Of a stretch of 46,228 bases of DNA, positions 28,547 through 38,909 are shown piece after piece. The DNA comes from an uncultured Lachnospiraceae bacterium (GTDB lineage: Bacteria > Bacillota > Clostridia > Lachnospirales > Lachnospiraceae): assembly GCA_902796415.1 (NCBI GenBank), contig CADBOX010000011.1, positions 1 through 46,228 of the forward strand, read 5' to 3'. Each line of letters starts with the position of its first letter. Position 1 is the stretch's first letter. The position numbers and the translations under genes were made by a program. A model generated the notes under the pieces. It was not told where the DNA came from, ran no database searches, and saw nothing but the letters and a program-made list of their open reading frames with translations.

Positions 28547-29277
28547 GAATACTTGCAATGGACAGTTCCGGCCTTGTGGCCAGTGTGGCTTTGGTGGAGG
28601 AGGAGAATCTCCTGGCCGAGTACACCATGAACCTGAAGAAAACCCATTCCGAAACGTTGCTTCCCATGATCGATGCCATCGTGGAACTGACAGGTATCGA
28701 CTTGTCCGGGATCGATGCCATCGCAGTCTCTGCCGGCCCCGGGTCCTTTACAGGACTTCGCATCGGATCCGCCACTGCCAAGGGACTTGGATTTGCCCTG
28801 AAAAAACCTTTGATCTCCGTACCGACTTTGGAGGGGATGGCTTATCATTTCGTGGAAAGTGACAGACTGATCTGCCCGATGATGGATGCCCGCAGAAAGC
28901 AGGTATACACTGCCATCTATCGGTTTGTTGATGGGGAACTAACCACGGTCATGGAAGGCTGTGCCTGTTCCGTGGAGGAACTGATCCGGAAGGTAAATGA
29001 ACTGAATCAGGAGATAATCTTCCTGGGGGATGGTGCCGCCATGGCCCGGGAGATGCTGGAAGAAGGAGTCAGGGTGGAGCACAGATATGCCCCCTTGCAC
29101 ATGAACAGGCAGAGGGCATCTGCCGTAGGCGCCAGAGCCTTTGACCTATATAAGAAGGGAAAGACCCAGACAGCAGCGGAACACGCCCCGGTGTATTTTA
29201 GGAAATCCCAGGCGGAGCGTGAACTGGAGGCAAAAGGGAAGCATCTGGCTTCTGACAGTGTAAGCCGTGCCCATTAG
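28543..29277 (+). CDS. tsaB: t6A biosynthesis protein TsaB
   Basis: ILAMDSS, HSETLLP, GPGSFTGLRIG and DARR motifs. Confidence 0.95.
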   Translation: MRILAMDSSGLVASVALVEEENLLAEYTMNLKKTHSETLLPMIDAIVELTGIDLSGIDAIAVSAGPGSFTGLRIGSATAKGLGFALKKPLISVPTLEGMAYHFVESDRLICPMMDARRKQVYTAIYRFVDGELTTVMEGCACSVEELIRKVNELNQEIIFLGDGAAMAREMLEEGVRVEHRYAPLHMNRQRASAVGARAFDLYKKGKTQTAAEHAPVYFRKSQAERELEAKGKHLASDSVSRAH

Positions 29278-29288
29278 GAGAAAATAGA

Positions 29289-29726
29289 ATGATGCGATAC
29301 CGAAACATGGAAAGAAAAGACTGTCAGGCAGTGCAGGCACTGTTTGAGGAGTGCTTTTCCCATCCCTGGAAGAAGGAAGCAATCGAAGAAACCTTGTGCA
29401 TGGAAGGCTATGTCTCCCTGGTGGTGGAAACAGATCAGCGGATCGTGGGCTATATCGGTTACCGGTCCGTCCTGGATGAGGCAGATATCACCAATGTGGC
29501 AGTAAGTCCTGATCTGCGTCGGCAGGGAATCGGCCATGAACTCCTGGATAGACTTCTGTTTCTGGCCGGCCAAAAAGGAATCTGTACCATATATCTGGAA
29601 GTAAGGGTTTCAAATACAGCGGCTATCACTTTATATGAACATGCCGGATTCCGTGTCTGTGGACAGAGAAAGAACTATTATACAGAACCGGAAGAGGATG
29701 CTTTATTGATGAGTTACAGTGGTTAA
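29289..29726 (+). CDS. rimI: Ribosomal protein S18 alanine N-acetyltransferase
   Basis: GNAT motifs NVAV..RRQGIG, LEVRVSN..A..LY and RKNYY..EDA; tsa gene context. Confidence 0.9.
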   Translation: MMRYRNMERKDCQAVQALFEECFSHPWKKEAIEETLCMEGYVSLVVETDQRIVGYIGYRSVLDEADITNVAVSPDLRRQGIGHELLDRLLFLAGQKGICTIYLEVRVSNTAAITLYEHAGFRVCGQRKNYYTEPEEDALLMSYSG

Positions 29727-29786
29727 AAATATACAATAGTTTTTTAGTAAAAGTTTTAACAGTAATTATGGAAATGAGGAAATGAA

Positions 29787-30707
29787 ATGCTGGAATTATG
29801 CCTGATTGGCTGTGGAGGAATGATGCCCCTCCCTTATCGGAGACTGACTTCCCTGATGGCCAGATATAACGGCAGCAGTATCCTGATAGATTGCGGGGAA
29901 GGGACTCAGATCGGAATCAAACAGAAAGGATGGAGTTTCAAACCCATAGATGTCATCTGTTTTACCCACTATCATGCGGACCATATCAGTGGTCTGCCCG
30001 GGCTTTTGCTTACTCTGGGTAATGCAGACCGGACGGAACCCATTCTCCTGGTAGGACCAAAAGGGCTTGTCCACGTGGTCGATTCCCTGCGTGTGATCGC
30101 GCCGGACCTTCCTTATCCCATCCTGTTCAGGGAGCTGGAGGAGCAGGAAGAGCGAATTGATATGGGTAGTTATTATATCGAGGCGTTCCGTGTCAATCAC
30201 AATGTGACTTGCTACGGATATGCCATATGTGTGGACAGGGCAGGCCGCTTTGATGTGGACAGAGCCAAGACCCATGAGATACCCATGAAATATTGGAGCC
30301 GGCTCCAGAAAGGGGAGACCATCGAGACCCCGGAAGGAATCACTTACACCAGTGATATGGTGCTGGGCCCGGCCAGAAAAGGTTTAAAATGTGTCTACAC
30401 CACAGATACCAGACCTGCAAAGTTTATCTACAAATATGCATCCCAGGCAGATCTGTTTATCTGTGAGGGTATGTATGGAAATCCTGAGAAAAAAGAGAAA
30501 GCAATGCTGAATCGGCATATGATGATGTCCGAGGCGGCGAAGATCGCTAACAAGGCACAGGCAAAGCGTCTGTGGCTTACCCATTATAGTCCGTCCTTAG
30601 CTTATCCGGAAGAATACCTGGAAGGTATCCGGAAGATTTGTCCATTTGCAGAACTTGGAAAAGACGGAAAGAGTCTGACCCTTCGTTTTGAAGAGGAGGA
30701 TTCCTGA
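29787..30707 (+). CDS. rnz: Ribonuclease Z
   Basis: DCGEGTQ, THYHADH, TDT and THYS motifs with exosite arm. Confidence 0.93.
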   Translation: MLELCLIGCGGMMPLPYRRLTSLMARYNGSSILIDCGEGTQIGIKQKGWSFKPIDVICFTHYHADHISGLPGLLLTLGNADRTEPILLVGPKGLVHVVDSLRVIAPDLPYPILFRELEEQEERIDMGSYYIEAFRVNHNVTCYGYAICVDRAGRFDVDRAKTHEIPMKYWSRLQKGETIETPEGITYTSDMVLGPARKGLKCVYTTDTRPAKFIYKYASQADLFICEGMYGNPEKKEKAMLNRHMMMSEAAKIANKAQAKRLWLTHYSPSLAYPEEYLEGIRKICPFAELGKDGKSLTLRFEEEDS

Positions 30708-30731
30708 GAGAAACGCAGCTTTGGAGGAATT

Positions 30732-31766
30732 ATGGAAAAAAATAAGAAGGATATACGGATCCTGGCTATCGAGACATCCTGTGATGAGACGGCCGCAGCC
30801 GTCGTACAAAACGGCAGGGAAGTATTATCCAATGTCATATATACACAGATTAAGCTCCATACTGTCTTCGGGGGAGTCGTCCCGGAGATTGCATCCAGAA
30901 AACATATCGAGAAGATCAATCCGGTGATTGAGACTGCCCTGAGTGAGGCGGGGGTCACCTTGGATGAAATCGATGCGGTGGCTGTTACATACGGCCCCGG
31001 ACTTGTGGGAGCTTTGCTGGTTGGGGTGGCCGAGGCGAAGGCCATTGCTTATGGAGCCAGGAAAGCATTGATCGGCGTCCATCACATTGAGGGACATATC
31101 AGTGCCAATTACATTGAACATAAAGAACTGGAACCTCCTTTTCTATGTCTGGTGGCATCCGGAGGACATTCCCATCTGGTGCTGGTCAAAGACTATGGCG
31201 TATATGAAATCATAGGAAGAACCAGAGATGATGCAGCCGGGGAGGCTTTTGACAAGGTCGCCAGAGCCATCGGACTGGGTTATCCCGGAGGACCCAAGGT
31301 GGACAAACTTGCCAGGGAAGGGAACCGTCATGCCATCACTTTCCCCAGGGCAAAGATTATGGACCACCCTGATGATTTTAGCTTCAGCGGCCTGAAATCC
31401 GCCGTATTGAACTATCTGAACCAATGTCAGATGAAGGGGATTGAGGTAAACCGGGCAGATGTGGCCGCCTCATTTCAGCAGGCGGTAATCGACGTGCTGA
31501 CAGAGCATACTATCGATGCTGCAAAAAGGATCGGCGTAGATAAAGTAGCCATCGCCGGCGGTGTGGCTTCTAATTCTTCTCTTCGAAGTCAGATGAAAGA
31601 AGCCTGTACCCGCAGGCGGATCCGCTTCTATCATCCGTCTCCGGTTTATTGCACCGATAATGCAGCCATGATTGGCACTGCGGCATATTACGAATACATA
31701 AAAGGGGTACGCCACGGCTGGGATCTGAATGCCATCGCGAACCTGAAGATTGGTGAGAGAAGATAA
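30732..31766 (+). CDS. tsaD: t6A transferase TsaD
   Basis: [34 protein letters not shown] and TDNAAMI motifs. Confidence 0.97.
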   Translation: MEKNKKDIRILAIETSCDETAAAVVQNGREVLSNVIYTQIKLHTVFGGVVPEIASRKHIEKINPVIETALSEAGVTLDEIDAVAVTYGPGLVGALLVGVAEAKAIAYGARKALIGVHHIEGHISANYIEHKELEPPFLCLVASGGHSHLVLVKDYGVYEIIGRTRDDAAGEAFDKVARAIGLGYPGGPKVDKLAREGNRHAITFPRAKIMDHPDDFSFSGLKSAVLNYLNQCQMKGIEVNRADVAASFQQAVIDVLTEHTIDAAKRIGVDKVAIAGGVASNSSLRSQMKEACTRRRIRFYHPSPVYCTDNAAMIGTAAYYEYIKGVRHGWDLNAIANLKIGERR

Positions 31767-31770
31767 AATT

Positions 31771-32478
31771 ATGGATGAAAACAGGACGATAGCCATCGTG
31801 ATGGCTGCCGGAAGAGGCAGTCGGATGAAATCAGACATTAATAAGGTATATCTGGATCTCCTGGGAAAACCGGTTCTGTACTATTCCCTGAAAGCTTTTG
31901 AAAAAAGCAGAATCCATGAAGTGATCATCGTGGTTTCCCCAGGGGATGAAGATTATGTGCAGAAGGAAATCGTGGAGGCCTATGATCTGCGGAAAGTGAC
32001 GAAGATCGTGACGGGAGGTAAGGAACGCTTTGAGTCGGTTTCTAATGGAATCGATGCCTGCCCGGAAGAAGGCTACATCTTTATCCATGACGGGGCCAGG
32101 CCCTTTATCCTGCCGGAACAGATCAATACCTGTATCAAAGAGACGGCCAGATATAAAGCCTGTGCGGTAGCTATGCCGGTGAAAGATACCATAAGGATCG
32201 TGGACGAGGAAGGCTATTCCTCCCTCACTCCAAACCGGAACTATGTATGGCAGATGCAGACGCCCCAATGTTTTCTACTGTCAGAAGCAAAAAAGGCTTA
32301 CAAGGTCATGATGGAATCCGGGGACAGGGATATCACAGATGATGTGATGGTGCTGGAACGATACGGAAACAGACGTTCCAAAATGATTCCGGGCAGCTAT
32401 GATAACATAAAACTTACCACACCGGAAGATATGGTGATTGGAGAAAGTATCCTGAAAAAGTATTTAGGAGATGAGTGA
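31771..32478 (+). CDS. ispD: 2-C-methyl-D-erythritol 4-phosphate cytidylyltransferase
   Basis: AAGRGSRM, HDGARP, QTPQ, TDD and NIKLTTPED motifs. Confidence 0.92.
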   Translation: MDENRTIAIVMAAGRGSRMKSDINKVYLDLLGKPVLYYSLKAFEKSRIHEVIIVVSPGDEDYVQKEIVEAYDLRKVTKIVTGGKERFESVSNGIDACPEEGYIFIHDGARPFILPEQINTCIKETARYKACAVAMPVKDTIRIVDEEGYSSLTPNRNYVWQMQTPQCFLLSEAKKAYKVMMESGDRDITDDVMVLERYGNRRSKMIPGSYDNIKLTTPEDMVIGESILKKYLGDE

Positions 32479-32481
32479 CAG

Positions 32482-34074
32482 ATGATAAATATGATGAATA
32501 TGCCGGAAGATATGCTTCGGAATGGATTGGAATCCGGGAACAGTCCCTGTGACTTTTTGTATCCGGAAGAAAGACCGGATAAGATAAATATGCTTGAATC
32601 CGATGATTATGATGATGCAGAGGAAGAGTCGGAGGAGGAAGCCGAGGAAGTCGAAGTGATCGATGACGATGATGAGGAAGAAGACCCTAAGAAAAAAGGA
32701 CCGGAATACTGCAGCGTGTGTCATCGCAGCGAATCCCAGGGAGCTACTCTGATCCACATGCCCAATAACATGTGCATCTGCACGGACTGTATGCAGAAAT
32801 CTTTTGATGCATTCGGGAAAGGTTTCCCGGGAGGAGGTGTCCAGTTCCTGGACCTGTCCAACTTTGATTTCAACAGTCTGAAGAATATGAATCTGGGGGA
32901 TCTGCTTACGGGTTCCAACACAATTCAGAAACCAAAAAAAGCCAAAAAGAAAAAAAAGAAGAAAAAACAGGAAGAGACAGCCCTCACTTTGAAAAATATA
33001 CCTGCTCCTCACCAGATCAAGGCAAGTCTTGACGAGTATGTGATCGGTCAGGATTATGCCAAAAAAGTGATGTCTGTTGCAGTCTATAATCATTATAAAC
33101 GTGTGATCACCAACACCATGGATGAAATCGAGATCGACAAATCCAATATGCTGATGATCGGACCGACAGGTTCCGGAAAGACCTATCTGGTGAAAACTCT
33201 GGCCAGATTGCTGAACGTTCCTCTGGCCATCTGCGATGCCACCTCCCTCACAGAAGCAGGCTATATCGGTGACGATGTGGAGAGTGTGCTTTCCAAATTG
33301 CTTGCCAATGCCGACAATGACGTGGAGAAGGCGGAAAGAGGGATCATCTTTATCGATGAGATCGATAAGATTGCCAAGAAGAAGAATACCACCAGCCGTG
33401 ATGTCAGCGGGGAATCCGTACAGCAAGCTCTTCTCAAACTTCTGGAAGGAAGCGAGGTGGAAGTTCCTGTGGGAGCCAGTTCAAAGAATGCCATGGTTCC
33501 TACCACCATGATGGATACCAGGAATATTCTTTTTATCTGCGGTGGAGCTTTCCCTGATCTGGACCAGATTATCAAGCAGAGGATGAAGAAACAGACTTCC
33601 ATCGGTTTCCGGGCTGAGCTAAAGGACAAATATGATAACGAAGAAAACATCTTGCAGTATGTCACCATCGAAGACATCCGCAAGTTTGGTATGATTCCGG
33701 AATTCATAGGCCGTCTGCCAATCCTCTTTACCCTGAAACCTCTCTCTAAAGAGATGCTGGTAGATATCCTGAAAGAGCCTAAGAATGCCATCATCAAGCA
33801 GTATCAGAAACTGTTGGCTCTGGATGAGGTGGATCTTCAGTTTGAAGACGGTGCTCTGACTGCCATCGCTGAAAAGGCCATGGAGAAAGATACGGGAGCC
33901 AGAGCTCTGCGTGCGATCATCGAGGAGATCATGTTGGATATCATGTTCGAGATTCCAAAGGATGACAATATCGGAAGGGTTATCATCACGGAAGATTACA
34001 TCCGTAATCATGGGCTTCCCATCATTGAGATGAGACAGTACCTGCAGTTAAAACAACAGGATGAGCAACGCTAG
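32482..34074 (+). CDS. clpX: ClpX-family AAA+ unfoldase, divergent paralog
   Basis: C4 zinc domain, GPTGSGKT, IDEIDK, IGF loop and TGARALR; pore and RKH loops altered; start codon uncertain. Confidence 0.9.
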   Translation: MINMMNMPEDMLRNGLESGNSPCDFLYPEERPDKINMLESDDYDDAEEESEEEAEEVEVIDDDDEEEDPKKKGPEYCSVCHRSESQGATLIHMPNNMCICTDCMQKSFDAFGKGFPGGGVQFLDLSNFDFNSLKNMNLGDLLTGSNTIQKPKKAKKKKKKKKQEETALTLKNIPAPHQIKASLDEYVIGQDYAKKVMSVAVYNHYKRVITNTMDEIEIDKSNMLMIGPTGSGKTYLVKTLARLLNVPLAICDATSLTEAGYIGDDVESVLSKLLANADNDVEKAERGIIFIDEIDKIAKKKNTTSRDVSGESVQQALLKLLEGSEVEVPVGASSKNAMVPTTMMDTRNILFICGGAFPDLDQIIKQRMKKQTSIGFRAELKDKYDNEENILQYVTIEDIRKFGMIPEFIGRLPILFTLKPLSKEMLVDILKEPKNAIIKQYQKLLALDEVDLQFEDGALTAIAEKAMEKDTGARALRAIIEEIMLDIMFEIPKDDNIGRVIITEDYIRNHGLPIIEMRQYLQLKQQDEQR

Positions 34075-34086
34075 ACTTTGATCTTT

Positions 34087-34125
34087 TCCCTATCTGAGGG
34101 TTTTCCTCAGATAGGGATTTTTTTT
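34087..34125 (+). terminator. Intrinsic terminator
   Basis: TCCCTATCTGAGG...CCTCAGATAGGGA followed by T8. Confidence 0.9.
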
Positions 34126-34225
34126 ATGAAATCTTGAATTTCTTCTTTGGATATGTAAGAATATAAGAGACTACAACTTGAAATTCATGATAGATCCCTT
34201 TGAGAAGGGTTACACAGGAGGCAAT

Positions 34226-36190
34226 ATGGACGATTTATATTTGAAATATTTAAAAAGCCTGTCGGTGCAGTTCCCGACCATTGCTAAGGCTTCCACAGAG
34301 ATGATCAACCTACAGGCAAGGCTCAATCTTCCCAAGGAAACAGAGCATTTTGTATCGGATATTCATGGGGAATATGAACAGTTCCTTCATATTCTCAGAA
34401 ATGGTTCCGGAGCCATCCGTAATAAGATAGAGGATGTATTCGGCAGCACATTATCTCAGAAAGATAAAAAGAGTCTGGCTGCCTTGATCTATTATCCGGA
34501 GCAGAAGGTAGAGCAGATGAAATTACATCTGTCCCAGGATGACCTTCTGGATTGGTATAAAGTATCTCTTCACCGGCTGGTGGCTGTGTGTAAGGAAAGC
34601 TCTGCCAAATACACCCGGTCCAGATTACGTAAGAATCTTCCGTCGGATTATGCATACATCCTTGAAGAACTTCTCAGTGAGAACAACCGGGTAGTACAGA
34701 AGGAAGAATACTACAACGAAATATTTGATACCATCATCCGCATTAACCGCGCCAAAGAGTTCATCGTGGCTATCTCCACAGCCATACAGAGGCTGGTTGT
34801 CACCCGGCTTCATATCATCGGCGATATCTTTGACAGGGGTCCGGGTCCTCATATCATTATGGATCACCTGATGAAGGACAATGTGGAAGTAGATTTCCAG
34901 TGGGGTAATCACGATATCGTCTGGATGGGTGCAGCTTCCGGATCCTGGGTATGTATCGCTAATGTAATCAGGCTCTGTGCCCGCTATAATAACATGGATG
35001 TGCTGGAGGATGGTTATGGGATCAACCTCCTTCCATTAGCCACCTTCGCCCTGGACACCTACAAGGATGATCCTTGTGAGATCTTCCGTGGCAAGACTAT
35101 GGTGGAGGTGCCGGAAAATGAGCTTGAACTCAATACCAAGATGCACAAAGCCATCGCAATCCTTCAGTTTAAGCTGGAAGGACAGGTCATCAAAAAACAT
35201 CCGGAGTTCAAGATGGAGAAGAGAAATCTCCTGGATAAGATCAATTATGATAATGGAACCATCACCATCGATGGCAAAACTTATCCGCTTCTGGATACCT
35301 CTTTCCCAACCATTATGCCGGAAGATCCCTATGCACTGACCCCGGAAGAAGAAGAGCTTATGAACAGGCTCTGCCTTAATTTTAAAAACTGTGAGAAACT
35401 GCAGGAACACATCCGCTTTATGTTTAACAAGGGAAGTATGTACCTGTGTTATAACGGTAATCTTCTCTACCATGGCTGTGTGCCTATCGATGAGGATGGG
35501 ATGTTCCGCGAGGTACTGATCAAGGATAAATACTACAAGGGCAAGGGTCTCTATGATATCCTGGAATACTATATGAGAAAAGGGTATTATGAGCAGGAGA
35601 ACGAAGAAGACCATGAATATGGAAAAGACATCATGTGGTACACCTGGTCCAACGAGAATTCCCCGGTTTTTGGCAAGGAGAAGATGGCAACCTTTGAGCG
35701 TTATTTTATAGACGATAAAGCCCTCCACGAAGAAAGGAAGGATTATTATTATCAACTCATAGAAAACGAGGATATGGTAAACCGGATCATGGTGGAATTC
35801 GGCCTGAATCCGGATACTGCCCATATCATAAACGGGCATATGCCGGTGAAGACCAAAAAAGGAGAGTCCCCTGTAAAATGTGGCGGTAAGGTTATGATCA
35901 TCGACGGTGGTTTCTCCAAAGCCTACCATAAGACCACAGGTATCTCAGGATATACCCTGATCTATAATTCCTACGGATTACGCCTGGTAGCCCATGAGGC
36001 ATTCACCTCCACAGAGGATGTGATCGAGAAGGAGATCGACGTACATTCCAGTACGGTAATTCGCGAACTTAACAGTGTGAGAGAGCGGGTCTATGATACG
36101 GAAAACGGAAAGAAATTCCGTGAGAAGATCAAAGACCTGGAGGAACTGCTTCAGGCCTATCGTTCAGGTCTTATCCTGGAAAGAGAGTAA
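34226..36190 (+). CDS. fbp: Fructose-1,6-bisphosphatase class 3
   Basis: SDIHGE, GDIFDRG, WGNHD, INGH and IDGGFSKAY motifs; SD AGGAGG before ATG 34226. Confidence 0.95.
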   Translation: MDDLYLKYLKSLSVQFPTIAKASTEMINLQARLNLPKETEHFVSDIHGEYEQFLHILRNGSGAIRNKIEDVFGSTLSQKDKKSLAALIYYPEQKVEQMKLHLSQDDLLDWYKVSLHRLVAVCKESSAKYTRSRLRKNLPSDYAYILEELLSENNRVVQKEEYYNEIFDTIIRINRAKEFIVAISTAIQRLVVTRLHIIGDIFDRGPGPHIIMDHLMKDNVEVDFQWGNHDIVWMGAASGSWVCIANVIRLCARYNNMDVLEDGYGINLLPLATFALDTYKDDPCEIFRGKTMVEVPENELELNTKMHKAIAILQFKLEGQVIKKHPEFKMEKRNLLDKINYDNGTITIDGKTYPLLDTSFPTIMPEDPYALTPEEEELMNRLCLNFKNCEKLQEHIRFMFNKGSMYLCYNGNLLYHGCVPIDEDGMFREVLIKDKYYKGKGLYDILEYYMRKGYYEQENEEDHEYGKDIMWYTWSNENSPVFGKEKMATFERYFIDDKALHEERKDYYYQLIENEDMVNRIMVEFGLNPDTAHIINGHMPVKTKKGESPVKCGGKVMIIDGGFSKAYHKTTGISGYTLIYNSYGLRLVAHEAFTSTEDVIEKEIDVHSSTVIRELNSVRERVYDTENGKKFREKIKDLEELLQAYRSGLILERE

Positions 36191-36348
36191 TCCTTTCTGA
36201 TGGGGGTCATCTTCCTGATCCTTATTTTAATAAGCTGAAAATGATTCTATCCGGAACCAAAATGGACTTTTACAGGCTGTTTTGGTTCCTTTTATATCTG
36301 ATTACATTTTCTCAGATGGAAATTTAACGATTTAATGGGCTGATGTGA

Positions 36349-36378
36349 TTGACAAATAGCAGCAACCTGTTATATATT
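36349..36378 (+). promoter_or_regulatory. Sigma-A promoter of ilvBN
   Basis: TTGACA followed 16-18 nt later by TATATA/TATATT. Confidence 0.6.
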
Positions 36379-36421
36379 CTAAATTATCATGCAATAATTA
36401 TGGGAAAAGGAGTATAACAAG

Positions 36422-38155
36422 ATGAAGATTTCTGGCAACAAGTTGTTTGTGACGGCGTTGAAAAAAGAAGGCGTGGATACGATTTTCGGGTATCCGGGCG
36501 GTATGGTCGTCAATCTTCTCGATGAACTCTATAATGCCCCGGGGATAAATATGGTACTTCCAAGACATGAGCAAGGCCTGATCCATGCGGCGGACGGATA
36601 TGCCAGAGCCACCGGCAAGGTGGGTGTATGTCTCGTTACAAGTGGACCCGGAGCGACGAATCTGGTTACCGGGATTGCCAATGCCAACTATGACAGTATT
36701 CCACTGGTATGTTTCACCGGACAGGTTCCGGAGTATCTGATCGGAAATGATGCCTTCCAGGAGGTGGACATCGTCGGAATCACGAGAAATGTAGCCAAGT
36801 TTGTCATTATGGTGCGCGACCGTGAGATGCTTGCCCAAAGGATTAAAGAAGCTTTCTATATCGCCCGTTCCGGTAAACCGGGTCCGGTGCTGGTAGATCT
36901 CCCGGCGGATGTCATGGCGGAACTGGGCTCTACGTCCTACCCCACAGAAGTAACAATTCGAGGATACAAACCCAATACCAGTATACACATCGGTCAGCTC
37001 AAGAAAGCGCTTACTTTATTAAAAAGAGCGAAAAAACCAATGTTCCTGATCGGGGGCGGTGTTAACATCGCACGAGCCCAGGCAGAACTGACGGAACTGG
37101 TGGAAAAACTGGAAATCCCCGTGGTGACTTCCGTCATGGGCAGAGGCGCTATCGCTACAGATCACCCATTATATTTTGGAAACATTGGTATGCATGGATG
37201 CTTTACTGCAAACCGTATCGCCAATGAATGTGACCTGATGGTTTCCATCGGATGCCGTTTTAATGATCGTGTCACAGGAAGGATTGCGACTTTTGCCCCA
37301 AATGCCAAGATCGTTCATATTGATATCGAATCAGCAGCAATCTCAAGAAATATCATCGTGGACATCCCTATCGTGTCAGATGCAAAACTGGCAATCACTA
37401 AGATGCTGGAACTGACCAAACCGATGAAACATGAGAAATGGGTGGCCGATATCGTTAAGTGGCAGGAGAAATACCCTCTTTCTGTGGATTGTAATTCCGG
37501 CGTCAACCCCCAGAAGATTATGGAGACCTTAAATGAAATCTATGCTGATAAGGACACCATATTTACTTCCGATGTAGGACAGCATCAGATGTGGGCCAAC
37601 CAATATCTGAGACTGGATGCCAGACACCGTCTGATTCAGTCCGGCGGACTGGGGACCATGGGATTCGGTCTGCCTTCTGCAGTGGGGGCGAAAATCGGCT
37701 GTCAGGAAAAGGAAGTTGTGTCCATCAACGGCGACGGCGGATTCCAGATGAATATGCAGGAGCTGGCGACAGGAGTTGTGGAGAGACTCCCCTTAGTAAA
37801 TGTCATTCTGAACAATACCTTCCTTGGTATGGTCCGCCAGATGCAGACTCAATTCCATAAAGGACGTTTTGCATTGACCAATCTGAATTGCTACAAATCA
37901 GAGACAGGCGAAGTGATCAATGAAGGATTTGAGGAGATGGAATATGTGCCTGACTTTGTGAAAGTGGCCGAGAGTTATAACTCCAAAGGCTATCGTGTCA
38001 CAAAGGATGAGGACCTGAAATCTACTATAGAGGAAGCCAGAGCTTATGCCCTGGAGCATAAGAGACCGGTCATAGTGGAGTGTATGGTATCTCCGGATCA
38101 ACTGGTAATGCCCTGGATTCCAGGTGGAAAGAGCTTTGACGATATATTATTATAA
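36422..38155 (+). CDS. ilvB: Acetolactate synthase large subunit
   Basis: FGYPGG, RHEQ, TSGPGATN, DVGQHQMW and GDGGFQM (TPP-binding) motifs. Confidence 0.96.
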   Translation: MKISGNKLFVTALKKEGVDTIFGYPGGMVVNLLDELYNAPGINMVLPRHEQGLIHAADGYARATGKVGVCLVTSGPGATNLVTGIANANYDSIPLVCFTGQVPEYLIGNDAFQEVDIVGITRNVAKFVIMVRDREMLAQRIKEAFYIARSGKPGPVLVDLPADVMAELGSTSYPTEVTIRGYKPNTSIHIGQLKKALTLLKRAKKPMFLIGGGVNIARAQAELTELVEKLEIPVVTSVMGRGAIATDHPLYFGNIGMHGCFTANRIANECDLMVSIGCRFNDRVTGRIATFAPNAKIVHIDIESAAISRNIIVDIPIVSDAKLAITKMLELTKPMKHEKWVADIVKWQEKYPLSVDCNSGVNPQKIMETLNEIYADKDTIFTSDVGQHQMWANQYLRLDARHRLIQSGGLGTMGFGLPSAVGAKIGCQEKEVVSINGDGGFQMNMQELATGVVERLPLVNVILNNTFLGMVRQMQTQFHKGRFALTNLNCYKSETGEVINEGFEEMEYVPDFVKVAESYNSKGYRVTKDEDLKSTIEEARAYALEHKRPVIVECMVSPDQLVMPWIPGGKSFDDILL

Positions 38156-38167
38156 GGAGGGACAACC

Positions 38168-38686
38168 ATGAGGGAAGTCAGTAATATAAAGAAAAAAAGA
38201 TGGGTCTCTCTTTATGTGGAGAACCGGATCGGTGTAATGGCCCGCATCGCCAGTATGATGGCAGGTAAATCTTACAATATCGACAGTATCACTGTCGGGA
38301 AGACGGAAGATCCCACGGTATCACGCATGACGATCGGTTTATCCTCCGATGATCCGACTTTTGAGCAGATCAAGAAACAGTTAAATCGATGCGTGGAGGT
38401 CATCAAGCTGAATGATATCACGGATGCTCCAACCCACATGAAGGAGATACTTTTCTTCAAGATCCATGACTGCTCAGAATTTGAGAAAGGGGAAATCTTC
38501 CGGATTGCCACCGTATTTGGAGCGAAAGCCATCGATTATGGTATCGACAGTGTTCTTCTCGAATGTGTCGCCACCGAAGGGAAGAATAACGACCTTATCA
38601 AACTCCTGATGGAGAAATTCAAGAAAGTCGAAGTGGTTCGTGGTGGTATCGTAGCCATTGAATCCATCAGTATGACTGATCGTTAG
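38168..38686 (+). CDS. ilvN: Acetolactate synthase small (ACT) subunit
   Basis: VENRIGVMARI..YNIDSITVG..SRMTI..QIKKQLN pattern. Confidence 0.9.
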   Translation: MREVSNIKKKRWVSLYVENRIGVMARIASMMAGKSYNIDSITVGKTEDPTVSRMTIGLSSDDPTFEQIKKQLNRCVEVIKLNDITDAPTHMKEILFFKIHDCSEFEKGEIFRIATVFGAKAIDYGIDSVLLECVATEGKNNDLIKLLMEKFKKVEVVRGGIVAIESISMTDR

Positions 38687-38739
38687 AAAACGAATAACTT
38701 CTTCTTAGAAATAATCATAATAAAAAACAGCTGAGAATC

Positions 38740-38775
38740 AGTGCCGGGAATATTACATCCCGGCGCTTTCTTTTT
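38740..38775 (+). terminator. Intrinsic terminator
   Basis: AGTGCCGGGA-N8-TCCCGGCGCT followed by a T-rich tract. Confidence 0.8.
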
Positions 38776-38787
38776 CTACATAGACAC

Positions 38788-38816
38788 TTGACAGGCATGA
38801 AACATTAATATATTAT
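38788..38816 (+). promoter_or_regulatory. Sigma-A promoter of the adhesin gene
   Basis: TTGACA-N17-TATTAT. Confidence 0.7.
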
Positions 38817-38909
38817 ATAACTGTAAAAATATTACAATTAAACTAATAAATGTAATTGAGGAGGTGGAGTGATCATATCTCATAAGAATGTGCGAATCAG
38901 CGAAGAATA

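Noticed and set aside
32934-32966. A7/A8 homopolymers in clpX as a phase-variation site
   Set aside because: Explained by in-frame Lys codons; the frame is intact and there is no evidence of slippage.
36191-36421. T-box riboswitch upstream of ilvB
   Set aside because: No T-box AGGGTGGNACCGCG motif or terminator, and the promoter is too close to the start codon.
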